A stretch of 64,000 bases of DNA from Eledone cirrhosa (Eukaryota): contig OZ024741.1 in NCBI GenBank assembly GCA_964016885.1, forward strand, positions 348,316,001-348,380,000. Reading direction: 5' to 3'. This document shows, piece by piece, positions 1-15,205 of this stretch (positions within the stretch are counted from its first letter, which is position 1; every line of letters starts with the position of its first letter). The position numbers and the translations under genes are program-made. The notes under the pieces were generated by a model, which saw only the letters and a program-made list of their open reading frames with translations, was not told the DNA's origin and searched no databases.

Positions 1-533
1 CCGTTTAACTTTGCACACACACACGTGTATGTATATATATATGTGTGTGTATGTGTTTTATAGGCTTTCGATAGATTTGGACTGCAGAAAATATTCTAAT
101 AAAAGGTGATATTAGACACAAACAGCGGAAATTGTTGGACTCTAGCATGCGTAGAAATCGAACACAAGCCTCTAATTCTCCAGACATGTGTGCATGACTG
201 ATTACACTAACCTGCACATATATATCGATATGTATCTTATACAACTATTTTCTCAATCATACACAAATTCATCAACTTTTACACTTCCACATCTGTGGAA
301 TTCTACTGCACTATACAGACAAACACACAGATACAGAATTACCTTGCTAGCAGTTGCACCAGCACCTACAGGAGTAGAACATTGGTAGTGGTGATGGAGG
401 GTGTGGTGATGGTGATTGTAATGGGTGTGGACGTGGTAGTGTTGTTGTTGTTGTTGTTGCTGATGGTAGTGGTGGTTTTGGTAAGCAAAATTATGATTAT
501 GATGATGGTCATCATGAAGACTATAATGATAAT

Positions 534-606
534 GGAAGAAGAAGAAGAAGAAGAAGAAGAAGAAGAAGAAGAAGAAGAAGAAGAAGAAGAAGAAGAAGAA
601 GAAGAA
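534..606. repeat. (GAA)n microsatellite
   Basis: Pure gaa run; source of the poly-E and poly-S ORFs. Confidence 0.95.
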
Positions 607-958
607 ATATTGAATAAATAAAAATACATGAATATAAAATTACACATAAGTTATAATACATAACAGTTATAAAACAAAATATAATAGACAAAAGGCAAAA
701 GTGAAAGTTTATAGAAAATATGACATAATTTGGATGGTGCAAATAACAGACATATCTATGCTACATAACTGCAGATAATGGACGAAAATATATCGAGAAA
801 GAGAAAAAAAGATGAGAAGGCGAGGCAGAATAAATGGCAGTCAATGAGTAGGTTAGATATAGATAGCAGGTTGGCGGTTGTGGGTGCCGAATGTAAATAA
901 ATCCAGCGAGTTTACAAAATTGATTGACCATCGTAAAAGAAGGTGACTACTTAGTAAT

Positions 959-1148
959 AATTGATTCTACTTTTGGCACAAGGCCAGCAATTAACCAGTG
1001 AATTACTGGTACTTTATTTTATCGACCCCGTAAGGATGAAAGGCAAAGTTAACCGCGGCGGGATTTGAACTCAGAATGGCAAGGGCCGTAACTCTATGCG
1101 TCAAAGCATGATGTCCGTCCCTCAGCCGATACTACCAATCCACTACCC
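959..1148 (-). mobile_element. tRNA-derived SINE, family S1, near full length
   Basis: Minus strand has an A-box-like head (GGTAGTGGATTGGTAG), B box GAGTTCAAATCC and core GCCTTTCATCCTTACGGGGTCGATAAAATAAAGTACCAG (from memory, resembles the Meta-SINE domain). About 8 copies in the window. Confidence 0.85.
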
Positions 1149-1554
1149 TTAATAATGAAGTATGCATCTTACACACATACCTACTTCTATGCACACACAC
1201 ACAGATACGTGCAACTATACGCACACTTTGCCAAAGAGACAATACCAACTTCCCTTAACTACGAAACAGGAAAAACATGCATGAATTGCTAATGTCAGTA
1301 TTGATTAAAACACGAGACTCCGGTTTTTGTCGTGAAAGTACCACTGAATTTGACATGGAATTACGGGATCATTCTTAGCCTATCAAATTACTTTCATCGT
1401 CGGTATAGCGACACCTCATTACATCTCTTTTAACATTTGAAAATCATGATAATTGTGACATCCGTAAATTTATAAAATATTGTTATGAAATAAGTAATAA
1501 ATTATTGTAAATAAACATCATTAAATATTCTAATGGCATTTTCAACCGTGTGTG

Positions 1555-1616
<62 letters not shown>

Positions 1617-2069
1617 CGCTCAGACCTTTAACATTCGGTGTCATCGTCAAATATCCTGTTACATCTTAAGTATGAAAGAATCTCTAATTAATTGAATTAT
1701 GGATAAGTTTTACAAAATCATAATTGATAGAAAGACATGCCGGGAATGGGCGTGTTCATAATTAGATGGATATATGGATAAATAGATAACATGGAATAGG
1801 TTCAATGGATTATACATTTGTTCTATTGAAAATAGGTCTGGGCTGTGTATAAATATATGACTTTTTGCACCTTTTGTGCATGCGCGTGATTCTGTGGCTG
1901 ATTAAAAAACACACCTGCTTTTCATTCAATTTATTTTGCGTTCCATTCTCTTATCACTCTCTATCTTTCTATTTAATTTTCTAATTATCATTGTATCTTC
2001 CGATAAAAGACTAGTGTCCGAATATTAACACCTTTTTCCTACCATATGAAGCATTAAACAATTACATTG

Positions 2070-2910
2070 AGATACTGACGGGAGTGCTCCAGCGAAATAC
2101 AAAATTGACTCCCTACCTTTTTATCATCGCCTTGCACTAGAGAAACACTAGGACTCTGACTTCACTCTAGCACTGGCTCAGAGTAGGAGAGTAAAGCCTA
2201 AACAGATATCAGATGCTGAATTTCTTGACGATATAGTTCTGGAACAAACACATTGAAGGATTCAGAGGAGTTGAATCAGGAGGTGGAGTCTCTGTTGGTG
2301 AGTGTGGGCTGAGAATGAATGAAAGTAAGATGAAGTATGATGTAGACAACATTAAGAAGCCTGGGAAGATTATGAATGTAGGTGGGAATGCGCTAGATTT
2401 GGTTGAGGACGTCGTGTTTCTAGGAGCAAATATTGTGAAGAGAGAGGATGATGCGGATTGCCACAGTTAGAATTCGGTGTGAAAGTTTGAACTTCGTGAG
2501 ACCTGAAAATCAGTCTCTTCCTTGCTACAGTGGAGTCTGTGCTGTGTACGGGTCTGAGACTTGGACACTGATCAAGAGACTCAGATGGTGCATGGGTGCT
2601 ACACGAGAATTCTGAGGATGGCTCTGAATAGTCATCATTATACACTGAGGATGACGAACTCAAAGCTCTACGGGAGCCTCCCAAATGTCAGCTCAAATGA
2701 AACACAGAGGAGAATGAGCTTATCTGGACATGCTCACTGACACCCATAGTTGACACGGTACTCAGTGGTCCTTTGGGAGCCCTTACACGGACACACTAGA
2801 AGAGAGAGACCGAGGATGCCCTAACGACAAGTACTGGTCTTTGGGAGAGGCAGGACAGCGGCGATCATGAAGGACAGAGACCGCTGGAAAGAACTCGTCC
2901 ATGGATTTCG
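2070..2910 (+). mobile_element. Decayed RTE-type LINE, RT C-terminal part
   Basis: Broken frames give DAEFLDDIVL (FADD motif), VGLRMNESKMKY, LKISLFLATVESVL, GSETWTL. Confidence 0.7.
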
Positions 2911-2937
2911 GGAATTTTACCCGCTTTATATATATAT

Positions 2938-3080
2938 ATAACAAAGGAGGTGTGGTGAGGAACCATATGGACCTTAACTCACCAGAGTACTCAATATTTG
3001 GGGTAGTAGAGTGGGTAATAGGAAAATGTTTGACCACGACGGCAGAGCTCAAGCCGTTTCGACGGCTATTTCTGGACTAA
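2938..3080 (-). mobile_element. Family F1 pLTR-like mini-element (3' half of an HHR plus tail)
   Basis: Matches copies at 16833, 18185, 24959, 25722, 30316 and 48585. Minus strand reads GAAACGGCTTGAGCTCTGCCGTC. Abuts (TA)n. Confidence 0.75.
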
Positions 3081-3085
3081 AATAT

Positions 3086-4215
3086 AAGGGCCTGTTATGT
3101 GTGTATACAGAGCAGTGAAAGGAAAAGAGGAGTGAGCATATATAGTCGGGATCATGTATTAGTTGTAAGAGAAGCTGCTAATGATCAATAGAAAGTGATA
3201 GGTATCTAGGGGTGTGATAATGCACGGGGTATTAGAGAACTTGGGGAGGTGAGTTGACTCCAAGCGGGAAATAGGACCCAAGGCGGAGAATCAGACTTTG
3301 TTCAGTCCTGGTGCGCGATGCCTGTGATCCATGATGTAAAAGGACACCCAGGACTGAAATATGTAGGGAAGAATGACCAGGAAAACAGAAATAACGGGCG
3401 ACAGGAGTTTCCAAACCGAGTCTGATGTCCCTCAAATGTTCGGCAAAACGGTCCGCCATACGGTGTCCCCTTTGTCCGATATATAAAGACTCGTAAAGGG
3501 AACACCGGAGGGCATAGACAACGTGGGTGGTGTGCTGGTGGAGGAATGGCGGGTACGGAAAGACCCGTTACGGCCTGTAAGAGTGGTAAGGGTAGAAATA
3601 AAGGGACAAGTTTTGCAGGGTGAACGGGAACGAGGATGAGAGCCTGGTGGAGTCGTGGGAGAGGACCAAAAGGAACTGCGAACCAGGAGGCAGCGGCGGT
3701 TGCGGGCGTGCTTAAAAGCAGTAATGGATGGGTTTGGAAAAAAGCGAGAAGTGACGGAGTCAGAAGAGAGGATACAGAATGAGCGGAGGATATGTCGCCT
3801 AGGTGGTAGGGTGATGGGGTAGTAGGTGAGAGGGAAAGGAACACGGGTGTTGGGAGGTGAGAGGGCTGTGGTGCGGTCTGTTTCACGGACGCGGGTGAGA
3901 GCAGCTTGGATCAGGGTGGGGGGATATCCACGCTGGATGAAGCAGGAAGCCATGCGAAGGGAATGGGTTTCGAAATCGTCGTCTTGGCTACAGAGCCGAC
4001 GAAGACGGAGGAATTGGGAATAAGGTATGGAGTGTTTGGTGTGGGTTGGATGGGTGGAGGTGAAGTCGAGGTAAGATTGGGAGTCTGTTGGTTTACTGAA
4101 GATGGAAGTAGAGAGTGTGTGGTGAAGGTGATTAATAGATAGAGAGATATCTAGAAAAGCGACAGAAGAATCGGTGACGGAGGTGGTGAAATTGAGAGCA
4201 GGATGGAAAGATTGG
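3086..4215 (-). mobile_element. Penelope-like element (Neptune-like), RT thumb plus GIY-YIG endonuclease, decayed
   Basis: ORF pieces FIQRGYPPTLIQAAL, SPCKTCPFI, ADRFAEHLRDIR..PVARYF; homologous to 31445-32620. Confidence 0.85.
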
Positions 4216-4269
4216 ACAAAGGAATTTGAACATATACTGCAACACTCACTTGACTCTTTTAAATCACTG

Positions 4270-4361
<92 letters not shown>

Positions 4362-4489
4362 ATATATCTATCTATCTCTCATATATATATATATATATAA
4401 GAGGGAGAGAGAGAAATGGAGAAAGGAAAAGTGTATAATGCGATAGTTGGTGGAAATGTAAGAATAATAATGGAATATTTAGGACAGGG

Positions 4490-5130
4490 ACATATATTTT
4501 ATAAACTAAACATATGAAGGCTGAAAGAAAGATAGCAAAGTATTTTATTGATTCTGAGGTTTACAGATATCGGGCCATGTAGATTTCGTATTACAGAAAA
4601 GTGTTCGTATTCAAAGATCCAATGTTTTGTCATACTTTTGTCTGGTGAGTTTGTATATATCCCATAACTCCAATAATAAGGTATATGAAATACCACATAT
4701 ATATCCTCGTTTTCCTATATTTTTATCACTACATCTATATCGAATGTGATGTTGATTTCTATGTAGTGTCTTGATTTGTTGACATGTTATATATTTGCTT
4801 TCCACCAATATTCGTTTCCTCTATCAGTCAAAAATTGTTATTTTGTCTTAACATAGTGCATTCCATGGCTAAAGCATTCGGTTATGTTTTGCTCAGCTTA
4901 CTTGTATTACCAGCTTACTTATATTCAGCATTTGCCGACTGTGCGCTCTAGATTTATATGTTATTATTTCAGATGTGTCTGAGTTTCTCCTGCATTTGAA
5001 TCAGTTTGGATTTTAGGGATGTATATCGTTTATCAACTAATCACTTTTCTAAATTTTCTGGCGTTAGGTGAATTGTTAGATTTCATAATTACAATGATAA
5101 GTTACACATTTCTTCGCATGAATAGGGTTT
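4490..5130 (-). mobile_element. Highly decayed Penelope-like GIY-YIG fragment
   Basis: VFHIPYYWSYGIYTNSPDKSMTKHWIFEYEH resembles VYxIPC..C...YIGxT...L..R..EH. Confidence 0.4.
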
Positions 5131-6516
5131 TATATTTTGCGTTTTATGCATAAGCTTGTTCAGGCTTTTTGCTGCCATGGTCTTTTTAAGATAGAAAATA
5201 AATGTGATAGACTACACAAACAAGAAGTGTTTCCTGGTCTCATGTGTCGTTTGCACACACCTGAATTGTATGATCTTCAGATAATTTTATTTACTGTATC
5301 CTATTGCATTTTAGTGGGTTCTTTTGTTATATCTATATTATATGCTCTATCACTCAAATGAAGAAAGTGAAACTGCTGAGAAATATCGTCTCAAATCACC
5401 TGTAATATACGGCAATTTCTTTTCTTTCTTTTCTATAAACGCAAAAAATTAAACTACACTGCTCAACATTATATAGGTAAATATTGAAATCACAGCCACC
5501 AGTTAGACCTTAATGCTAGGAATGCCTGCACTTGTGCCATTTTTGATATTTTCGATATTTACTAGTAGCTTGTTGAGACTGTGAGGCGGGGTGCCAAAGA
5601 TATTTTGACAACGTATAAATCAAATGGTATCAGAAAGGCAGAGTTTCGAGTTTTGTGAGACGCTGACTCATTGTGTTTCTAATTAAAAACTAATCGGAAT
5701 TACGTACTGGAAAGATATACATATGAAATATAACTAGAACGATATTAACAAAGCAGTCAATCTCAGTCATAAATGGGTCTAGAGAAAGCTATCCCTAAAA
5801 GATCAGACAGTGTTGTCAAATCCTATCATAACACAGTCAATTTTATATGACCAGATTGGAAAACCTAATCTTCTGATTCTTGTGATTGTGCTGCCTTAGT
5901 GATTTGCCTAAGCTACGGCATATGTAGAGATTCCTTGCGTGGTGTTAGTCAGTGTCGTTCGTCAGACATACATTTCCGTTGGTCATCTTCCTGATTGAGC
6001 TGCAATAAAAATAAAAAATAAAAAACTAAGAATGGGCATCAACCATATTGTCAGTCGATCAACAGCCACGTACCAGTCGATCAATTTGACAAGAGCAATT
6101 TATACGTAAGCAATGTGTAGCTGATTATTGAACGGAAATTTGGAAAACATTCTGGAGAAAATATTATGAGACGATGGGAACGAATCGGCTGTTTCTTTCA
6201 TACTTTCGGCTGGTGTCACAATGGAGCATTGTTTATTCAAGATAAAACAATGAATAGACGATACATAAAGTGTTGATTTAATATATATGTATTTATTTAC
6301 ATTGACCTGGAGCTAGAAGCCAATCGCATGTATTTTTTTACTATGAAATATTATATAACAAATTGGGCATAAAATCCATGGACGGAAAATGTTGACACTG
6401 TCATCTGTGGGATACGAAATCACATCTGCCATGTGTGTGTGAGCGTGTGTATGTGACTGTGTGTATGTGTGTGTGTATATGTGTGTGTATATGTGTGTGT
6501 ATATGTGTGTATATGT

Positions 6517-6592
<76 letters not shown>

Positions 6593-7049
6593 CGTAGGGT
6601 GTGTATGTATTTAAGTGTGCGTGCGCGTACTAAACACATGCCTCGTGATTTCCGTAGCATACAAATAAAAACAGAATGCTATATTGACAATGGAGTATAT
6701 ATACATTAATTTCTTTTTCATTTTCTTACAACAGAGATATGATGTTTCAACAAATTCAACCGGTTAAGAACTGAGTTCATACAGCGATTAAACATTTCAT
6801 TTTATTTAAATATAGGTATTCTGTAGAAATACAGTTATATTTTTCTGTGTATGTGAATTATGAATTATATGAAGTTTTCCTCTACTATTCAATTTTATCA
6901 TATATTGATATATATTTACGATAAATAAATGTATTGAAATTCTTTTAACTTTACACAAGCCTAACCGAAATTTTATGTTATATATATATATATTATTTAT
7001 TTCAATGTGGTCTACCCTTGGTCGAAGGGTCCGTACCTTAAATAGAACT

Positions 7050-7895
7050 CAATATAATCTGATTGGGGTAATCCAGTGAAATCCATACAAAGTCTGGATG
7101 GACGAAGCAGCAAGTATAGGATCAATTGATTGGTATTAGCAGACGAATTATATTACTTAACTCGTCAGAAGATGATCCGTGACATACATTTGATAGGTTT
7201 AATGCCGAGTGCTGCAAGGCTGGAATAAAAATCAGTGCTGCGTAAATTGAAGCACACGTCTTCACAAAAAAGCCTACTCAGTGCATTCTATATGTGTCTG
7301 GAGTTCCAGTGAAGCAAGTGAAGAAGTTGAAGTATCATGGGACCGTATTTTCGAGTGATGGAAGGCAGTAGGATTAATAATGTGCAAACACTGCAGGTGT
7401 TGAAATAATGTGACAGATCCAGCATTCGTTAATCAGGAGAAAGGAAATACTTGTAAATGCCATGCTCGCTTTCTGCAATTCGTTGATCATGCTATCACTC
7501 ATCTGTGACCGGAAAAATATGACCAAGAATACAAGCGACCAAAATAAAGTGCGTGGATGGGAGATCAGATAGACGCTCACCATAGAGCGACTATTTCTCC
7601 GAATTGAGAGATCACAACTCCAACATTACAGGCATGGGGATAAAATATCACAGGAAAGAATCACAGGTCAGATTTCACGGGCAAAACAAACTGGCAGGAA
7701 ACCCAGGGGAGACCTCGGGCAAGCTAGTTGGATAACATCTATGAGTTCCGTGGGATTGCTTGGAGATCCAGCTACATTAACTGCAGACGAGTGCTTCTGA
7801 GAGGACACGATGTAAGCTGTGTTTGGCACTCTTCACCCACGACTATCTCAGGAATGAGAAGACGAAGAAGAAGAAGAGGAAGTAGAAGAAGAAGA
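7050..7895 (+). mobile_element. RTE-type LINE 3' part with (GAA)n tail
   Basis: LADELILL, AECCKAGIKIS, VSGVPVKQVKKLKYHGTVFSSDGR; ends in a gaagaa tail; related to 56170-56698. Confidence 0.7.
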
Positions 7896-8160
7896 CCGCT
7901 AAAACAGACAAAGGGACATTAACAAATGTATGACTGAAACCCATACAAACATAAGGATGCAGCATCTAACGTGCTGTTAAGATACATACATCTAAATAAA
8001 TATACATCTTTATATATATACATATTTATACATATACATTCGTTTATTTATATATAAACATATATTGAAGACGCAGCCAGATTTACACATACATACAAAT
8101 GCATACAGAAATACAGAAACACTCGCACATGTGTGTAAGTATATATGTACTGTATGTATA

Positions 8161-8337
<177 letters not shown>

Positions 8338-8664
8338 GTATGCAAGGAAAAGCCGGAAATGGGCTAGAGTGATGTAAATGGTTATACATGCATTTATGTC
8401 AACGCTGAATTGTTAATGCAGTTGATAGATATCTGGGGTCAATGTAAACGCTGGTACAAGTTTCTCATGAGACTATGCCGGAAATTGCACACATTTACAG
8501 AGATCACCTTAAATACTTACATTATGTAGTGTCTTCATATATACACACACTCATATCGAAAGAGAGCAAGAACGGGGTGCTAAAGACACACCTACACTCA
8601 TATTTCTATGCATATATACATATACACCTATACGCTTATACTCACACACTCACACACACACACG

Positions 8665-8729
<65 letters not shown>

Positions 8730-9680
8730 GTGTGTGTATGTATGTATGTATATATATATATACATGTATATATATATATATACGTATATATTATATACAT
8801 GTACATATATATATATATATATGAATATATATATGAATATATATATGAATATATATATATATATATATATATATGAATATATATATATGAATATATATAT
8901 GAATATATATATATATATTTATATATATATACACACACACGCGCGCACACAGACACACATACACACACATACACACACATACACACACACACACACATAT
9001 ATACATACATACATACATACATACATACATACATACATACATACATACATACATACGTACATTCATATACCTTATATTATATTCAAAACCTAACTTGTGT
9101 GTGCCATGATAGCTTTCGTGGCCCAGTTGTGACTAATATTGTTAAGCGCTGTAGCAGTTTTAGGATCTCACACAAATATAGTTACACCAATGTGATCGTG
9201 TGACTAGGAATGAATATATGTGATGGATAATATATGCGTAAATTAAGGTGTATTTCTTTTTTTACGAAGCCTAAATGAACCCGTTACATTACGAATAAAG
9301 CACACATATATCGTAAAACTTTCGTCCTTAAATGCCGAAGGGAGATAATTTCAATTGAGAAATCTGGAGTAAAGGGTTTACAATCTTTTTGTAAACATAT
9401 ATACACATATGAAGGTAATGTAGATATCTATAAATCGAAATGTATGTGTGTAAAATTCAATAATTAACGTTCCAAACCTATTTAAAAAAAGACATTTTCC
9501 AATAATTAAAAAGTAAATAATCAAAAAGAAGGTCTTCGTGAAGAGGTGTATGTCTTTGGATATTGTATAGGGGATTTTGTGTTTGATGGTTTTTAGTGTG
9601 GTATTTCATCTGGATAATATGCATATATAAACATAAACACAGAGACATGCGCAGAAACACACGCATACACGCATATATAT

Positions 9681-9768
<88 letters not shown>

Positions 9769-10794
9769 CATTTTATTTTATTATTCCAATTTGTGATTTG
9801 TCGCTATTAAACTACTGAAAAGAGTAAAAAAAATATGAGAATGCATAAAAGATGTTAAAAAAAAAGCCAAAAGGGAGAGTATAACTGGCTGGTTTCTTCA
9901 GATTCCAATGGTGAACTTTTGTTTGCCTATCCAAGAAATATGTGATGTGGTGCATTCCAACTCTGAAAAATAACATGCATGTTAAGGGTAATATGATTGT
10001 ATTATCTAATGTGAATTGCGTATTTTTTTGTTTTATTTGTTGGTCTAAGTTGAAGAAGTTTCGGCCTGATATCACTAGCAGATTGAGCTTTTCAGAGTTT
10101 GATAGGTTTCGCAAAATTTTATTCTCAGGGATTTTTGAGTGGGTCTGCTTCGAAAAAAACTTGTTGATAATACAGGCAGAATTGTGTATATATTTGTGTT
10201 ATTGTCTTTGTGTGTGTTTGTGTATGATGTATGTGCATGTTTAAAGAAATGTTTTTTTTTAGATTTACCTTTGAACAAGAACAAAAGAAAGTGGGAAAGA
10301 TGAGATAAGGGGAGTGGGGATCAGAGAATACTCAACTCAACAAGAAAATAAAGGTGATTGAGAGTGAGTAACAGATGTATGTGTGTGTTAAAGATATAGG
10401 AGCGAGAACAAGAAAAACAATGACATGCGGAAATATATAGTCGGAGATGAATAGAGAATAGAGAAAAGTAGAAACAAATACTTTAATAAAAAAGGAACAG
10501 GCAGTCAGGTTATATAGGGAGACTGCCTATGGCAAAGTGCATGTATGTGTTTATATGTGTGCCTGTGAATGAGAGAGAAGAGAGAAGGCGCTAGTTAGAT
10601 AGATAGGTGTCTAAATAGATAGGTATCTAGATAGATAGATAGATAGATAGATAGAGAAATGGATAGATGGATAGATAGAGGGATAATGAATACATGAATA
10701 GGCACATAGAAATATAAATAGATAAATAAATATATAGATATATAGATATAAATAGATAGACCGAAACTTAGAAACGTAGATAGATAGATACATA

Positions 10795-11305
10795 CAAGCA
10801 TACCTACATGCATACACACATACGCACATACATGCATACATACATATATGCATACAAGCATACCTACATCCATACATATATACATATGTACATACATATA
10901 TACATACATACGTACGTGTATACACACATGCATACACACATACTCACATACATACATACATATATATATACATATATACATACATACATATATACATATA
11001 TACATTCATACATTCATGCATACATACATACATACATACATACCTATATATATACATGCATACATACATGCATACATATATATACCTACATGCATACATA
11101 CATACATACATACATGCATACATACATACATATATATACATACATACATACAGACATACATACATACATACATACATACATACATACATACATACATACA
11201 GACATACATACATACATACATATATACATGCATCCATACATGCATACATACATACGTACATACATACATACATACATACATACATACATACATACATACA
11301 GACAT
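10795..11305. repeat. (TACA)n-rich compound microsatellite
   Basis: Degenerate tacatacataca array. Confidence 0.9.
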
Positions 11306-11589
11306 AATCAGCGTGAGTTTGTGCTGGTGTTACAGTCGTATCTGCTGCAACTGTTGCTGTAGTTATTGTTGCTGCTGTCGGTGCTAATGCATTCGCTCTT
11401 CCCAATGCTGCTGCTGTCGCTTCAGCTGTTATAGTACTTGGCATCCGAATCATCATCATCAGCGTTGTGGACGACAGCGCCACCAACGTCAACATAATCA
11501 TTATCAGTAGCTACGCTGTTATCGTTATCATCATCATCGCCATCATCAACTTATATGACACACGTCCCTGTGGCAGTAGTGGTAGATAT

Positions 11590-11590
11590 T

Positions 11591-11668
<78 letters not shown>

Positions 11669-11885
11669 TCATCATCATCAGCAGCAGCAGCAGTAGTAGT
11701 AGTACTAGTAGTAGTATTAGTTGTAGTAGTAGTTGTAGTAGTAGTGAGTAGTAGTAGTATTAGAGTGGTGGTAGTAATAGTAGTAGCAGCAGCAGTAGTA
11801 GGAGCAGCAGCAGTAGTAGTACCAGCAGTAGTGGCAGCAGCAACATTAATAGTAGCAACAGTAGTAGCAGCAGTAGCAGCTGCAC

Positions 11886-11945
<60 letters not shown>

Positions 11946-11952
11946 AAATAGC

Positions 11953-11984
<32 letters not shown>

Positions 11985-11997
11985 TAGTAGTAGTATG
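11590..11997. repeat. (CAG)n/(TAG)n trinucleotide array
   Basis: Direct reading; source of the poly-V, poly-S and poly-A ORFs. Confidence 0.9.
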
Positions 11998-12119
11998 GTG
12001 TTGTTGTTACTGTTATTGTACAATTGTTTTTTGTGTTGAAGTAATGAATTGTTGCAACCAGCAAACTGAAGGGGGAATAAGACGTTCAAGTCGTAGCGAG
12101 GGAAATATATAAATAATAC

Positions 12120-12217
<98 letters not shown>

Positions 12218-12276
12218 ATCTATATATATATACATATATATATATATATACACACATATATATATATAGTTATATA

Positions 12277-12342
<66 letters not shown>

Positions 12343-12637
12343 TATGTATGTATGTGCGCATGTATATGTGTATGCATTTGAATTAAAACACGTCAGAAAA
12401 GCGAAGTTCTCAATACTCGTAGTAGCGTCCATTCATTCATCTGAATCTGAGGCTTCATACGGTCACTACGCATAGGTACTCAAATTTTCCACTCTCTCAC
12501 TCCCCTCTCACTCCCCTCTTGCTCTCTTTCTCTCTATCGCTCTCTATCCCCCCCTCTCTCTCTCTCTTCCTCTCTCCGTCTCTCGCAGTAATTCTTGTGC
12601 ACGCAGGCACTCACCGATCTGCAATCACTTGAGTGTT

Positions 12638-12671
<34 letters not shown>

Positions 12672-13286
12672 TACACACAAGTGCACACACACACACATAT
12701 CTATCTATCTGTCTCTCTATCGAACTCTCCCACTCTTTTTCTCTCCATATATATATGTATATAGACACACATTGCGTGTACTTGTATAAAGACCACAGCC
12801 TAACAACGCAACACATTATTTTGAAAAAAGTTAAAGAAAAAAAATTTAAGGGGCAAATGGACATTAGAAAGAACGAAACAAAACATTTATAACATATACA
12901 CAATTGATATTAGTGAAAGAAAAATAAGGTAAATGCATAAGTGCATGAAATATATAGAAAATATATGAAGAAAAACGAGAGAAAGAAGGAAATTTACAGG
13001 TTGATATATAGAGATATAAAAAAAAACTATGAAAGAAAGAAAATAAGAAATATAGAATTTAAAAAGAAGAATATTGTAGTTAAAGACAGATAAAAAGTAA
13101 GACGGTATTACATAAATAAAAACAAAGAATGGAACAAAGACACAATCTAAGATAGAAAGAATGAACAGAGATTGAAATTGGAAAAGTAAATCAGGAGAAA
13201 CAAAGAAAGGAGAATAGAAATGCATAAGTAAAAAAAAATATAATAAATATCGCTGAACTAACATCATCACAATTAATAACAAATAA

Positions 13287-13369
<83 letters not shown>

Positions 13370-13859
13370 ATAACGGTCGTGATGGTTGGTTTTTAGTAGT
13401 TGTTGTTGTTGTTGTTGTTGTAGTGGCAGTTACAGTTTATTTGCCACAGGGGTAACACCAGTAGCGCGAAATTGTTCGTGCACACAGCTACGATGAAACA
13501 GCATCATTTATGGTTAATGGACTAAAAGAGAAGTCGTGCACGAACAGGTTGACTGCAAGGTGGAACATGGAACGAGGGGAAAAAACGGCCCATCAAAGGA
13601 AGACGGATTAATAATCTTTGTTTCTCTTCTGGTTCTTAGAACGAAATGTGATGGATTCTTTCACACGCTTTCTTTTGGCATATAATCATACAAGGTAAGA
13701 AGTTATTTCTTAATACACATATAACAACCCGCACACACACACACACACATAATGATAATACATATCCACCTGTGAAACTATAAAAGTTGCACGATCGCAC
13801 AATTATAGTAGGCATACGTATATATATATATATATAAATATATAAATATATATATATAA

Positions 13860-13934
<75 letters not shown>

Positions 13935-14023
13935 TGTATATATGTGGGTGTGTCTGTATATATGTATGTATACAATATATACACATATATAAAACATATA
14001 TATATATGATTTTTTTGTTGTTG

Positions 14024-14125
14024 TTTTGGAACCCTCAACAATGCGAATGGGTAAATCTCCGGGTAACAGAATCCTGATTCTGTGACGCGGAGATTTACCC
14101 ATCTGCATTGTTGAGGCTTCCAAAA
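14024..14125. repeat. About 100-bp imperfect palindrome
   Basis: ttttggaaccctcaacaatgc...cagaatc|ct|gattctg...gcattgttgaggcttccaaaa. Confidence 0.85.
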
Positions 14126-14826
14126 GGGCCCCCCAAAAAATAAATCTTATTATTCCACAATGTTTCATGCAAACTTCAATACTCTCATATATATACATTT
14201 ATGTATATATATGACATGATACATATATATACCTATACATATATATGCGCGTATATATGTATATATATATATATATATATGCATATATATTCACATAAAT
14301 TGTTTTTTAAGGACGCAGGCACATGTAATAATGTCCCTCTCTCTGTCTCTCAATCTATCTCTTTATCACACACACGCACATAAATACACATACACACACA
14401 CATGCACACACATGCAGACACGCACACACACACAAACACACACATACACGCACATATATATACATACTACAGAGAAAAAAATAGTAAAAGGTCGATGTAT
14501 CCATTATCAAACGTTGTGGTATATTTGATTCATAATACACTGACGGCTCCATATACTTGCATGGAAAGTATCCATCAAAGGGTTGACAGTTCGCATAATA
14601 ATCGTGAATGAAATATTAGAAAAGTAAATTATAAAAAATTCTTCCGTAAATGCAATAATTATATTTAAAATGTGATACTATTTTCGAAAGAATCTGCCCC
14701 ACATATGTACATATGCATCTACATACTTTCTCTCTCTGTATATATATCATACAGCACATGGAAACACAGAGAAAAAGATTCGCACGCATATACATTGACA
14801 CACACACACGCAAACACATACACTCA

Positions 14827-14936
<110 letters not shown>

Positions 14937-14965
14937 TATATATATTTATATATATAAATAGCTCC

Positions 14966-15016
<51 letters not shown>

Positions 15017-15109
15017 TATATATATAAATGGCTCCATTTATACGCATGAGCATGCAAATATGAATGGTTTGCGGGCATGTCTCTACGCTTGCATGTAACA
15101 ATATATGTG

Positions 15110-15205
<96 letters not shown>

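Noticed and set aside
959-1148. tRNA gene
   Set aside because: Has a B box but no cloverleaf; multi-copy with core, tail and TSDs, so a SINE.
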